Notes: a model not told the origin generated them from the letters alone. A DNA stretch of 59,121 nt, filler included, from 5 parts of 5 records of this genome joined end to end with filler, not necessarily neighbours in it, one strand, 5' to 3'; numbered from the whole stretch's first letter, positions 37,312-47,425 are shown. Numbers and translations are program-made.

Positions 37312-39009
37312 ATGACAAAGAACGAACAACAGGCCATGTCCTCTTCCCAGAGCCATCTCTACAGGATGGAACAGCTGATGAAGAAAGACGAAAGGCCCAA
37401 TATCCTGCTGATCATGACCGACCAGCAGAGGGCCGACAGCGTGGGCGCCTGGGGCAGCCCCTTTATGAAAACACCCCATATGGACCGCCTGGCCGCGGAA
37501 GGACGGCTCTACCGGAACGCCTACTCCCCCAACCCGATCTGCATGCCCGCCAGGCATAATCTGCTCACCGGGCTTACCGCCAGATACCACGGCTACCCGG
37601 ATAACTGCTGGGGCTTCGGCATGCCCCCGGGACTCCCCACCTTCCCCGAAATCCTCTCGGATAACGGCTACGAAACCCGGACAATAGGCAAGAACCACTT
37701 CTACCCTCCCCGCCGGCACAACGGTTACCTCAATATGGAGCTGATGCAGGAGGTCCCCGCCTTCCGGGAGCAGGATGACTACCTCATGTACCTGAAGGAT
37801 CAGGGCCTGGGCCACGTCTCCAACATCCACGGCGTCAGAAATCTGCTCTATATGGTGCCCCAGCAGTCCCAGATCCCCACAGAGCACCACGGCACCAACT
37901 GGGCGGCAGACAGAGCCATAGACTTTATCACGACCAACAACGGACGCCATCCCTGGATGCTCAAACTGGGTTGGATAGCGCCCCATCCCCCCTTCGACGT
38001 TCCCCCCGAATACGCGGATATGTACAAGGATGCGGAGTTACCCGAGCCCCTGAAATCGGAAACGGTAACCAGCCCGCTGGCCGAAGAGAACAGGATGCTG
38101 GGGGATCTGCCGAACGAGAAATACATCCGGCGGATGCGTGAGCTCTATTACGCCGCCGTCTCCCATATAGACGACAACCTGGGCCGCGTCCTCGCCGGCC
38201 TGGAGGAAACGGGACAGCTGGATAATACGCTGATCATCTTCACCAGCGACCACGGAGAGATGCTGGGAGACCACGGGACCTACCAGAAGTGGTTGCCCTA
38301 CGACAGCTGCGCCCGCATCCCCCTGATCATCCGCTATCCCGGAAAGGTAAAAGCGGGAGAGGTCAGCGAGGAACTGGTGGATCTGAACGATCTCTACCCC
38401 ACCATCCTCGAGGCGGCGGGGCTGGACTACCCGGGCGACCATAAGCTGCCCGGCGAGAGCCTTATCGCCGATTCCCCGGAAAAAGACCGGCGCTACCAGT
38501 ATATAGAGTACTCCACGGGCTCCCGCCGCTGGATCAGCCTGAGGGACGAGAGATACAAATACAACTACTACTTCGGCGGCGGTCGGGAAGAGCTCTTCGA
38601 CCTTGCAGTAGATCCGGGGGAGTGCCGGAATCTGATGGACACGGCTCCCGGCGCGTCCCTTCCCGAAGGCCTGCAGGCCCACAGAAACCGGCTACGCGCA
38701 GCCCTGATCCGCTATGAAGAGACCTGGGGACTAACGGATAGCGTGGTCGATGGCGATCTGGAGATCAGGGCCCCGTACGAACCCAAGCCCTACCGCAACC
38801 AAGCCTTCCCGGTCTTTCAGAACAAGCTCACCGATCCCGGGGAACGTGAGGCCATGAACGCTCATCTTGATGAGGTCCTGGAGGTCAGCCGCAGGGAGGC
38901 GCTCGTTCGTTTCCGGGATCTGGACCTGGCATGCTGGCAAAAAAACGGCGGTTACAGCGACAAAAAGATAGAAGAACTATTACAAAAGGAAGAGGTATTG
39001 AAAAGATGA
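37312..39009 (+). CDS. formylglycine-dependent sulfatase (Cys-type)
   Basis: PNILLIMTDQQR, CMPARHNLLTG, GKNH, APHPP, SDHGEMLGDHG; the true start may be slightly downstream. Confidence 0.93.
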   Translation: MTKNEQQAMSSSQSHLYRMEQLMKKDERPNILLIMTDQQRADSVGAWGSPFMKTPHMDRLAAEGRLYRNAYSPNPICMPARHNLLTGLTARYHGYPDNCWGFGMPPGLPTFPEILSDNGYETRTIGKNHFYPPRRHNGYLNMELMQEVPAFREQDDYLMYLKDQGLGHVSNIHGVRNLLYMVPQQSQIPTEHHGTNWAADRAIDFITTNNGRHPWMLKLGWIAPHPPFDVPPEYADMYKDAELPEPLKSETVTSPLAEENRMLGDLPNEKYIRRMRELYYAAVSHIDDNLGRVLAGLEETGQLDNTLIIFTSDHGEMLGDHGTYQKWLPYDSCARIPLIIRYPGKVKAGEVSEELVDLNDLYPTILEAAGLDYPGDHKLPGESLIADSPEKDRRYQYIEYSTGSRRWISLRDERYKYNYYFGGGREELFDLAVDPGECRNLMDTAPGASLPEGLQAHRNRLRAALIRYEETWGLTDSVVDGDLEIRAPYEPKPYRNQAFPVFQNKLTDPGEREAMNAHLDEVLEVSRREALVRFRDLDLACWQKNGGYSDKKIEELLQKEEVLKR

Positions 39010-40067
39010 CATCCAAAGAGCGCGTATTGAATACCCTGGATCACAAAGAGACGGACCGAGTGCCCCTGATGTACAGGGACGTTCCCGAGGTCAGAAACCG
39101 GATAAAACATGATCTTCAGATACGAAGCGATGAGGAGCTCTTCCGGCATTTCGGTATAGATTTCCGCTGGGTAGGGCCCCGTTGGACAGGCCCTGAACTG
39201 ATGATCTCCGAAACAGAGAAGAAGGACCACTGGGGAGTGGAGTGGATCTACACAGAGTTTGAGGACGGCGCCGGCTACTGGAACGAGAAGTCCTGCCCCA
39301 TGCGGGAGATGGAGAGTGCCCGGGAGGCGGAGGCCTGGCCCGTCCCCGAACTGGACTGGTGGGACTTCTCAAGCCTCAGCGCCGACTGCGACGCCTACTC
39401 AGACTACGCCGTGATGACCGCCCCTGGCTACAGCTCTCCGGGGATCTTCCAGTTTCCCATCCAGTCCCTGATCGGCGTGGAGCGCAGCCTGATGGACATG
39501 TACGTCAATCCCGATTTCCTCAACGCCCTGATAAAAAGGATTCAGAGTTTTCAGCTTCCCTATGTTCGGAAGATGATGGAAGCGGCGGAAGGGAAGATCG
39601 ATTTCTTCCGCCTGGGCGACGACTTCGGCACCCAGCAGAGCCTCCTGATGGGCCCAGATCCCTGGCGGGAGTTTATCGGTCCCGCCCTGAAGGCCATGGC
39701 CGACATCGCCAAGGAACAGGGAGCCCGCTACTACCAGCACAGCTGCGGCGCCGTCCGCCCCCTGATCCCCGACTTCATAGAAATAGGAGTCGACGTGCTC
39801 GACCCCCTGCAGGTCCTGGCGGAGGGGATGGTCCCCTCGGAACTGAAGGCTGAGTTCGGAGACAGGATCTGCTTCTCCGGAGGCGTGGACGAGCAGGAGC
39901 TCCTCCCTCACGGCAAGCCTGAAGAGGTGAAGGAAGCTGTCTGGTGTCTGCTGGATGATATGAGGGGAGGAGGCTTTATTCTGGGCCCCACCCACAACTT
40001 TCAGGCCGACATCCCCACCGACAATATCGTGGCCATGTACGAGGCCGCTGCGGAATGGAAAGGATAA
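39006..40067 (+). CDS. uroporphyrinogen decarboxylase / MtaA-CmuA methyltransferase superfamily protein
   Basis: MTSKERV..DRVP, DHWG, GDDFGTQ..LLMGP, HSCG, GGVDEQ..LP.G, GPTHNFQ; start at 39006. Confidence 0.85.
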   Translation: MTSKERVLNTLDHKETDRVPLMYRDVPEVRNRIKHDLQIRSDEELFRHFGIDFRWVGPRWTGPELMISETEKKDHWGVEWIYTEFEDGAGYWNEKSCPMREMESAREAEAWPVPELDWWDFSSLSADCDAYSDYAVMTAPGYSSPGIFQFPIQSLIGVERSLMDMYVNPDFLNALIKRIQSFQLPYVRKMMEAAEGKIDFFRLGDDFGTQQSLLMGPDPWREFIGPALKAMADIAKEQGARYYQHSCGAVRPLIPDFIEIGVDVLDPLQVLAEGMVPSELKAEFGDRICFSGGVDEQELLPHGKPEEVKEAVWCLLDDMRGGGFILGPTHNFQADIPTDNIVAMYEAAAEWKG

Positions 40068-40071
40068 GAAG

Positions 40072-41232
40072 ATGACGAAAGAAAGAATCAGAGAGCTGAA
40101 AGATTTTTATTACAACGAGATGGTTAACGACGTAATCCCCTTCTGGCTGGACAACGCCCTGGACCGGGAGTACGGCGGCTATATGGACTTCCTGGACAGA
40201 ACGGGCAAGCCCCTGTCCACCGATAAGGGGGGCTGGGTACAGGGACGTACGGTCTGGGTCTTTTCCACCCTCTACAGGGATGTGGAAGAGCGGAAGGAGT
40301 GGTACGAAGCCGCCGAGCTGGGGGTGCGTTTTATCAGGGAGAAACTCCGGCGCAAAGAGGACGGACGGGTCTACTTCGAGGTAAGCCGTGAGGGAGAGCC
40401 CCTGGTGATGCGCCGCTACCTCTTCTCCGAGGTCTTCGCCTGTATCGGTCTGGCCGCCTGGTCGGAGATCTCCGGCGACAAAGAGGCCCTGGAAGAGGCC
40501 CGGGAGCTCCTTGCCCTGATCGACAGGCTCTCCGAATCGGGGGAACTGGAATCCAAAATAGATCCTGCCACGCGTCTTATGCGGGGCCACTCCATGACCA
40601 TGATGATGATCAGCCTCTGCCAGATCCTCCGCCGGGCAGATCCCGCGGGAGAGACCCACTATACCGAGAGGATAGACAGGCAGATCGACGAACTCTTCCG
40701 CTACTTCGTGAAGCCCGACAGAAAGGTTCTCCTGGAGACAGTCGGCCCCGGGGGAGAGATCACAGAGGGCCCCGAAGGACGCTGCATCAATCCCGGCCAT
40801 GCCATAGAAACCGCCTGGTTTATCTTCGATGAGGCCGAGTACAGGGGCGACAAGGCTCTGCTGGAAAAGGCCCTGCCCATCATGAACTGGTCCATAGAAA
40901 GGGGCTGGGACAAAGAGTACGGCGGGATCTTCTCCTTCCTGGACGCCGACGGAAAGCATCCCGCTCAGGTGGAGTGGGACATGAAGTACTGGTGGCCCCA
41001 CTGCGAGGCCCTGATCGCCTTCCTCCAGGCCTACGATATGACGGGAGAGGAGCGTTACGAGAAGTGGTTTGAAAGGATCCACGACTACACATGGAAGCGC
41101 TTCCCCGACCGGGAGCACGGAGAGTGGTTCGGCTACCTCCGCCGGGACGGATCGGTGCAGGTGGAGCTGAAGGGCAACCACTTCAAGGGGCCCTTCCATA
41201 TCCCCCGTCTTCTGATAAGATGCTATAAGCGA
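40072..41232 (+). CDS. N-acylglucosamine 2-epimerase (AGE family), 3'-truncated
   Basis: PFW..D.EYGG, DKGGWVQGR, NPGHAIE..WF, KYWWPHCE, GEWFGYL, KGPFHIPR. Confidence 0.92.
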
Positions 41233-41332
41233 NNNNNNNNNNNNNNNNNNNNNNNNNNNNNNNNNNNNNNNNNNNNTTAATTAATTAANNNNNNNNNNNN
41301 NNNNNNNNNNNNNNNNNNNNNNNNNNNNNNNN
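41233..41332. other. artificial contig-joining linker
   Basis: 44 N + TTAATTAATTAA + 44 N. Confidence 0.98.
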
Positions 41333-42081
41333 CCGGCGTCGACCGCCGGGCTGGCGCCGCCCAGAAGAGTCGCGGTTTCGGCGATGCCGCTGTAGGTCCA
41401 AAGCGTCTCGCCGTTGGCGCCGTTGAGCGCATAAAGCTTGTTGTCGAGCGTGATGACGAAAACCCGGCCGCCGCGTGCCGTCGGCGCCGAGCGCATCGGG
41501 CCGTCGACCTTGCGTCGCCAGATCTCGGCCCCGGTCGTCGCGTCGAGCGCGATGACCTCGGCGAAACCGGTCGACGCGAAGATGCTGCCGTTTTCGAACG
41601 CCAGGCCGCCGCCGATATGGCCGTCGTCCTCGTCGTCCGGCGTCAGTTCGGTCGACCACAGGGCGTCGCCGTTGCCGGCATCGAAGGCGCTGACTTTCGT
41701 TTCGGCGTCCATGACGAAAATACGGCCGCCGGCGACGATCGGGGTGGCGGCGATGCGTTCCTCGTCGTCGGCGCCGGTGCCGATGTCGACTCGCCAGACC
41801 GTGGCCAGCGCCTCGCCGACTTCCAGATGGTGCATCGCATGGTTGGCGTAGCCGCCGGTCTGCGGCCAGTCGGGATTGGTTTCCGGCGGTGGCAGCAGGA
41901 TTTCGGCATCGGCCAGTTCCGGATCGGGCAGCAGTTCGCGGGCATGGGTCAGCACCGACAGGCGTTCACCCGGCAGCGGCGGGGGGTCGTCATCGCCGAA
42001 CCAGTCACTCATGGTATCGCAAGCGCCGACAAGCAGCATTGCGATGGCCAGTACGGCTACTCTCCCGGACGCTCCCAACAT
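41333..42081 (-). CDS. PQQ-like beta-propeller lipoprotein (BamB-like), 3'-truncated
   Basis: Lipobox VGAC, PLPGERLSV, WPQTGG and repeated A(F/L)(D/N)xxxGxxxW blades; downstream of a YfgM-like gene. Confidence 0.85.
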
Positions 42082-42125
42082 TGTCTCTCCCTACGGCGTG
42101 ATGTCCCGGTTTTAAAGAACCGTAC

Positions 42126-42785
42126 CTATTTGCCCAGGATTGCCAGCATCTCGGCGGCCCGCGACCGGATGCCGTTCGGCGCCGCCGGGTCGTTGGCAAG
42201 CTGCTCGAATATCTCCCGGGCCTTGGCTGAATCGCCGCCGCGCTGGGCGGCCAGGCCGGTGATCTCAAGCGCGCTGAAACGCCAGGGCTTGTCGGCCGCG
42301 GTCAGAGGCGCCAGCCGCGCGCTCAGGGCCGCCGGGTCGGCATCGTCGACCTCGAGCAGGGCACCCAGCACGGTCGCCAGGTCCCGGTAATGCTGCGAGA
42401 TCGAGCTTTCCGCCGACAGTTCGCGATAGGCCCCGATCGCGCCTTCCCGATCGCCGCTTTGCTCAAGCACGGCGGCCTCCTGGAAACGGGCCAGGGTGGC
42501 ATAGCCGGCACTGCCGTCCTCGGCCAGTTCGGCAAAGGCGTTACGGGCGGCTTCCAGATCGCCGTCGGCTTTCAGGCTCAGCGCCGATTGGAACTGGTCG
42601 CTCTGTTCCATCCGCGACTTGATGTCCCAGGCTTGCCAGCCCTGATAGCCGGCGACTCCGCCGATCAGGATGACGGCAACGGCAATGACGTAATTGCCGT
42701 ACTTTTTCCAAAGCTTGCTGTAATGCTCCTGGCGAAGCTCCTCGTCGATTTCTCGAAGGAGGCTGTCTTGTGCATGGTCGGCCAC
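42126..42785 (-). CDS. tetratricopeptide-like membrane-anchored protein (YfgM-like)
   Basis: LLREIDEELRQE...WKKYG, a TM segment and helical repeats; upstream of the BamB-like gene. Confidence 0.82.
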   Translation of the reverse strand: MADHAQDSLLREIDEELRQEHYSKLWKKYGNYVIAVAVILIGGVAGYQGWQAWDIKSRMEQSDQFQSALSLKADGDLEAARNAFAELAEDGSAGYATLARFQEAAVLEQSGDREGAIGAYRELSAESSISQHYRDLATVLGALLEVDDADPAALSARLAPLTAADKPWRFSALEITGLAAQRGGDSAKAREIFEQLANDPAAPNGIRSRAAEMLAILGK

Positions 42786-42897
42786 AAAAAACTCCGGGAT
42801 CGTGGATCAGATCGATGACGTTTCTTCGGTTAACGTTCGGCGCCAAACATATCCGCCAAGGCGGCCAAAGGCAATTGTCCCTGATACGGCGGCCGGA

Positions 42898-43452
42898 CTA
42901 TTGCCGCCACTTGATCGAACAGCCCAGGCTGGCGGTCTGGTCTTCCGGCCCGTGGCCGGTCTTGGCGACCTGCGACATCGCCTCGAACAACTCGCGGCGA
43001 ACCCCGGGAGCCGCCGGCTGGCGTCCCGATTCGTCAAGCCGTCCGCGGTACTGCAGGCCGAGCTCGGCGTCGAAGCCGAAGAAGTCGGGCGTGCAGACGG
43101 CGTCATACGCCCGGGCGACGTCCTGGGTCTCGTCGAGCAGATAGGGAAAGGTGAAACCGTTGGTCTCGGCAAAGACTTTCATCTTGTCCGGCGAATCGTC
43201 CGGGTAGTTGACGTAGTCGTTCGACATGACCGCGGCGACGCCGATGCCCATCGCCTGCAATTCCTTGGCGTCGCGAACCAGGCGGTCGGCGATCGCCTTG
43301 ACGTAGGGGCAGTGATTGCAGATGAAAACGATCAGGGTCCCGTTGGGGCCCCGGATATCTTCAAGCCCATAGGATTTGCCGTCGATTCCCTTCAGGTCGA
43401 AGGCGGGGGCTTTCCAGCCGAAATCGCAAATCGGCGTTTTGGTGGTGACCAT
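42898..43452 (-). CDS. thioredoxin-like / AhpC-TSA family protein
   Basis: APAFDL, FICNHCPYV, YDAVCTPDFF, YRGRLD, SLGCSIKW; start MVTTK (43452). Confidence 0.9.
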   Translation of the reverse strand: MVTTKTPICDFGWKAPAFDLKGIDGKSYGLEDIRGPNGTLIVFICNHCPYVKAIADRLVRDAKELQAMGIGVAAVMSNDYVNYPDDSPDKMKVFAETNGFTFPYLLDETQDVARAYDAVCTPDFFGFDAELGLQYRGRLDESGRQPAAPGVRRELFEAMSQVAKTGHGPEDQTASLGCSIKWRQ

Positions 43453-43607
43453 AATCCGGTCCTCTCGTTCTAAATGGATGTCCGGTGCCATGACGGCGAT
43501 TGTTCGGACCGCTAGTTAGCCAAGAAAACGGGTTTCGATCAATGCCAATGACCAGATGGACTGCGGTTCGAAGGGTACAAGGCTTCTTCTTTCCGCCGGC
43601 GGCGGAT

Positions 43608-43623
43608 TTAACGCCTCCTTAAC
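43608..43623 (+). promoter_or_regulatory. CtrA-binding box
   Basis: TTAA-cgcctcc-TTAAC is an exact TTAA-N7-TTAAC match, in an alphaproteobacterial intergenic region about 60 nt upstream of the lipoprotein gene. Confidence 0.65.
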
Positions 43624-43684
43624 CCCGGGGTTTCAAAATGGGTTTTGCTTGGGATGATCTGAATTGGGCAAGGAAATCTCCGTT

Positions 43685-44020
43685 ATGGTGACGGTTCGAA
43701 TTGCTGTGATTGCCGCATTTCTGTCTTTGCTCGGCGGCTGCGCTTTTTTCCCGGAGACGGCTGCCGTCAACGGCGCCATGGTCGTCGGCACCAAAAAGAC
43801 GATGGCCGATCACGTCATATCGTTGGCAAGCGGTAAAAACTGCTCGACCGTACGCGTCGAACGCGGCCTTGAATACTGCGAGGAAGACGAGGTCATCCCA
43901 AAACCCGATGTTTACTGTTATCGGGAACTTGCCGGTGTCACATGTTACGAAAAAATCGATCAGCGCCGTGGCGACCATGGGCGGCTTGGCGACAACGACC
44001 ACAATCTTGTCACGAAATAG
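43685..44020 (+). CDS. small cysteine-rich lipoprotein, unknown function
   Basis: Lipobox LGGC; SGKNCS..YC..YCYRELAGVTCY. Confidence 0.75.
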   Translation: MVTVRIAVIAAFLSLLGGCAFFPETAAVNGAMVVGTKKTMADHVISLASGKNCSTVRVERGLEYCEEDEVIPKPDVYCYRELAGVTCYEKIDQRRGDHGRLGDNDHNLVTK

Positions 44021-44119
44021 GGTTTGCCTGTCGCAGCGTGAACGGCCCGGGCGCATGATTGCGTTGACCGCTCCAGCCGTCCCGCCGCGTGTTCCCGAGG
44101 TTTCGATGGTTGTTCCGGC

Positions 44120-45328
44120 ATGAAACGACCCAGGCTACGCAAAAAGCGAGGACGGCTGCTTTTGGGGGCCGCCATTTTGATCCTGGCGGCTGTCGGCGGC
44201 TATTTTTTGTTCGTGCCCAGCGAAGAGGATCTCGCCGCGGAACGGTTGCAAGCCCAATTGGCGGCGCGCTACGAAGCGATTCAACCGCGAGCCGCCGCCG
44301 GCGAAGCGGCGGCGCAGTTTGCCGTGGGAGAGCATTTGCGGCGCGGTCTTGGGGTCGATCCGAACCCGGTCAAGGCCATGGAATGGTACCGCAAGGCGGC
44401 CGATCAAGCCCATATCGGTGCACAACTGGCCATCGGTCGAATGCACGAGGCCGGAAACGGTGTCCGCCAGGACTACAACAGGGCGGCCAGGTGGTACGAA
44501 CTGGCGGCAAATATCGGCCATAGCGCCGCGGCCGAATTCGCGTTGGCCGAATTGTACTATCACGGACGCGGGGTCGCGAACGATCCCAGCGAGGCGATCA
44601 AATGGTACGACCGCGCCGCCAATCAGGGGCACGCCGAAGCCCAATTCATTCTTGGCTCCATCTATGAAACAGGTTGGGGGGTCGAGCCCGACTTTGCCGA
44701 GGCCTACAAATGGTACAGCCTTGCCAACCGTAACCGGCCAAAAACGCGGGTGCGGGGTGAAGATTTCAACCCCCAGGGAGCGTTGGACAAGTTGGCATCC
44801 CGCATCACCCGGTTCGACATGAAACGTGGGCAGAAAATGGCCCGAGAATGGAAACCGAGCACGCCGGCACAAAACCGGTTGCGCGAAGGAACAAGCCTGG
44901 TAACCGCTTCCCGGCCCGGTCAGACGGCGAAACCGGAACCGGAACCCGAACCGCGGCAAGGGTTGCGCCTTCTCTCGATGGAGGTGCCCGTTGCTGGCGA
45001 AAAAAAGGAAAACCTGGCGGTCAACGTTATCGTTGAGCTTCGCGATCCGGAATTGGGTGTCGCGGTGTGCGGCCTGGCGCCACGGATCCGCGATGCCATT
45101 CTCCAGGCCCTGTGGAAGCAACCCGTGCCGACCATCGGCGGGCAGCCCGACCTCAGGCGTGTTCACGATCGCGTATTGAAGTCTGTCAACGAGGGGTTGG
45201 GGCAACCGGTTGCGGAATCCGCGTTCCTTTTTCCGGGTGAAAAGCCGTTGACACCGAATCAAACGCTGCAAACGCCATTCGACCGGATTCGCGAATGCCA
45301 TGCAATGGCGACTCCAGCTGCGCCCTGA
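44120..45328 (+). CDS. Sel1-repeat protein with N-terminal TM anchor and C-terminal FliL-like domain
   Basis: About four Sel1 repeats (AQFAVG..G.GV..NPVKAMEWYRKAADQ), a Pro-rich linker, then LAVNVIVELRD...APRIRDAILQAL...RVLKSVNEGLGQP. Confidence 0.8.
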   Translation: MKRPRLRKKRGRLLLGAAILILAAVGGYFLFVPSEEDLAAERLQAQLAARYEAIQPRAAAGEAAAQFAVGEHLRRGLGVDPNPVKAMEWYRKAADQAHIGAQLAIGRMHEAGNGVRQDYNRAARWYELAANIGHSAAAEFALAELYYHGRGVANDPSEAIKWYDRAANQGHAEAQFILGSIYETGWGVEPDFAEAYKWYSLANRNRPKTRVRGEDFNPQGALDKLASRITRFDMKRGQKMAREWKPSTPAQNRLREGTSLVTASRPGQTAKPEPEPEPRQGLRLLSMEVPVAGEKKENLAVNVIVELRDPELGVAVCGLAPRIRDAILQALWKQPVPTIGGQPDLRRVHDRVLKSVNEGLGQPVAESAFLFPGEKPLTPNQTLQTPFDRIRECHAMATPAAP

Positions 45329-45335
45329 CCTGCAA

Positions 45336-47111
45336 ATGAAAGAGCCGTTGTCCTCCGTCCTGTCCCGTGCCGTCGCCGCCCATCAGGCGGGCGATTTGGC
45401 ACTGGCTGACCGGCTGTACAAACGGATTTTAAAGTCCGATCCGAAAAACGCCGACGCGGCGCATCTTCGCGGCCTGATCGAATTCCAGAACGGCCGGCCT
45501 GAAAAGGCCGTGCCTTTGATCGAACGGGCCATCCGCCGCAATCCGTCCGATCCGCGATTTCACGCCAATCTCGGCCGTGTACTGCAGGCCGTCGGCAAGT
45601 CGGACAAGGCTGCGCACAGCTATCGGCGGTCCCTGGCCTTGGATCCGCGGGCAGCCGAGGTCCATTCCGATCTGGCCGCGGCATTGATTTCGCTGGCACA
45701 ATTCGAACCCGCCGCCGAGGCTTGCGATTCCGCTCTCGCGTGCAATCCCGATTTGGCCGACGCCCACCTCAATCTGGGAATCGTTCGGCGCAGTCTTGGT
45801 GATCCCGATCAGGCCCTCGTCTCTTTCGACCGGGCGCTTGTCCTCAGGCCGGACCATGCCTTCAGCCTTTTCCAGAAAGGCTGCGCGTTGCAGGGCATGG
45901 GCCAATTGTCCGCCGCCGAGGCCTGTTACCGGAAGGTCATTGCCCTGGATCCCGGAATTGCAGAGGTCAGGTGCAATCTGGGAAATATCCTGAAAGACCT
46001 CGGCGACTTCACGGCAGCGGCGGCGGAATATCGATGCGCCATACGACTTGCCCCGGGAATGGCCGAAGCCCATTCGAATCTCGGCGTGGTATTGCAGGAA
46101 ATGGGTGGTTCGGAGGCGGCACTTGAGAGCTTCGATCAGGCCGTCGATATCAACCCCGATGATGCTGAAACGCGGCGGAACCGGGCCATGATTTTGTTGC
46201 AGCTCGGACGCTTTGCGGAAGGTTGGAAAGAGTACGAATGGCGTTGGAAAACAAGGCATTTCGAACCCCTCCTGCGGGATTGGGGCGTACCGCAGTGGAC
46301 CGGTGCTCCCCTGACCGGGCGAAAAATCCTCGTCCATGCCGAACAGGGATTCGGCGATACCCTTCAGTTCATTCGCTATATTCCGGCGATCGCGGCACAA
46401 TCCGGTTCGGTGGTTTTCGAATGTCCGCAGCCGCTGGTCGAACTGGCCAAAACGGTCGATCCATCGGTGACGGTCATTGCCGGTGGCGAACCGATCCCGC
46501 CGGTCGATGTCGAGGCGCCGCTGATGAGCCTGCCCGGTCTGTCCGGCACCGAATTGGCTTCGATTCCAGTGGACGTGCCTTATCTCCATCCCGATCCCGA
46601 CCGCCTTGCTTTCTGGCAGGGGAAAATTCCGGATACCGGCAGGATGCGCATCGGTATCGCCTGGCGCGGCAGCGGCGGCTACAAGCGCGATACCGTCAGA
46701 TCCCCGGGGCTGGGCCCGATCCGGCCATTGTTTGAAACCGCCGGCTGCGATCTCTATTGCCTTCAGAAGGATGGCGGCCCGGCAGATCTTACGGCGGCCG
46801 GTCTAACCGAAGCCGTCACCGATATCGCTCCCGGTTTCGAGGTTTTTGCGGACACTGCGGCGGCGCTGTCGTGCCTCGATTTGATTGTCGCACCGGATAC
46901 CGCCGTGGCGCACCTGGCGGGAGCTTTGGGCTTGCCTGTGTGGATACTGTTGCCGCATGCCGCCGAATGGCGGTGGCTGCGCAACCGCGACGATTCACCC
47001 TGGTACCCGACAGCCCGATTGTTTCGGCAGGATCGACCCGGCGATTGGGATGAGTTGGTTACCCGTGTCGGCCGCGCTTTGATCGATGTCATCGCCGCCA
47101 ACAGAATTTAG
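45336..47111 (+). CDS. TPR-repeat protein with C-terminal GT-B (GT9-like) glycosyltransferase domain
   Basis: Many TPRs, then GWKEYEWRW, HAEQGFGDTLQFIRY, IGIAWRG, DTAVAHLAGALG, WRW..RDDSPWYP; start MKEPLS (45336). Confidence 0.88.
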   Translation: MKEPLSSVLSRAVAAHQAGDLALADRLYKRILKSDPKNADAAHLRGLIEFQNGRPEKAVPLIERAIRRNPSDPRFHANLGRVLQAVGKSDKAAHSYRRSLALDPRAAEVHSDLAAALISLAQFEPAAEACDSALACNPDLADAHLNLGIVRRSLGDPDQALVSFDRALVLRPDHAFSLFQKGCALQGMGQLSAAEACYRKVIALDPGIAEVRCNLGNILKDLGDFTAAAAEYRCAIRLAPGMAEAHSNLGVVLQEMGGSEAALESFDQAVDINPDDAETRRNRAMILLQLGRFAEGWKEYEWRWKTRHFEPLLRDWGVPQWTGAPLTGRKILVHAEQGFGDTLQFIRYIPAIAAQSGSVVFECPQPLVELAKTVDPSVTVIAGGEPIPPVDVEAPLMSLPGLSGTELASIPVDVPYLHPDPDRLAFWQGKIPDTGRMRIGIAWRGSGGYKRDTVRSPGLGPIRPLFETAGCDLYCLQKDGGPADLTAAGLTEAVTDIAPGFEVFADTAAALSCLDLIVAPDTAVAHLAGALGLPVWILLPHAAEWRWLRNRDDSPWYPTARLFRQDRPGDWDELVTRVGRALIDVIAANRI

Positions 47112-47126
47112 TTAAGAAGCGGGCAG

Positions 47127-47399
47127 TCAATCGGGAGGCGTTGCTTGTTTGATGCCGAAGGTGTTCTGAATCCAAGCGTAAGGATCTTCGCCTTCGGGCA
47201 GATCGAACACTCTTGCTGACACCCAAAGAACCAGCCAGGCGATGCCGGTGATGACCGGCACGCTCACGACAACTTTTGTCCAGACCGGTCCGACCAGGTC
47301 TTCCAGGGACTGACGGCTGAACGGGCGTTTGACGCCGCTGCCAAACATACCGTGAAAAATATTCGCGAACTCGGCAATCAATCTGAAGATCCGGGACAT
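47127..47399 (-). CDS. small hypothetical membrane protein
   Basis: 90-aa ORF with one hydrophobic segment, co-oriented downstream of the kinase. Confidence 0.5.
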   Translation of the reverse strand: MSRIFRLIAEFANIFHGMFGSGVKRPFSRQSLEDLVGPVWTKVVVSVPVITGIAWLVLWVSARVFDLPEGEDPYAWIQNTFGIKQATPPD

Positions 47400-47425
47400 T
47401 GCCCAATAATACCCCTATGCGGCGA

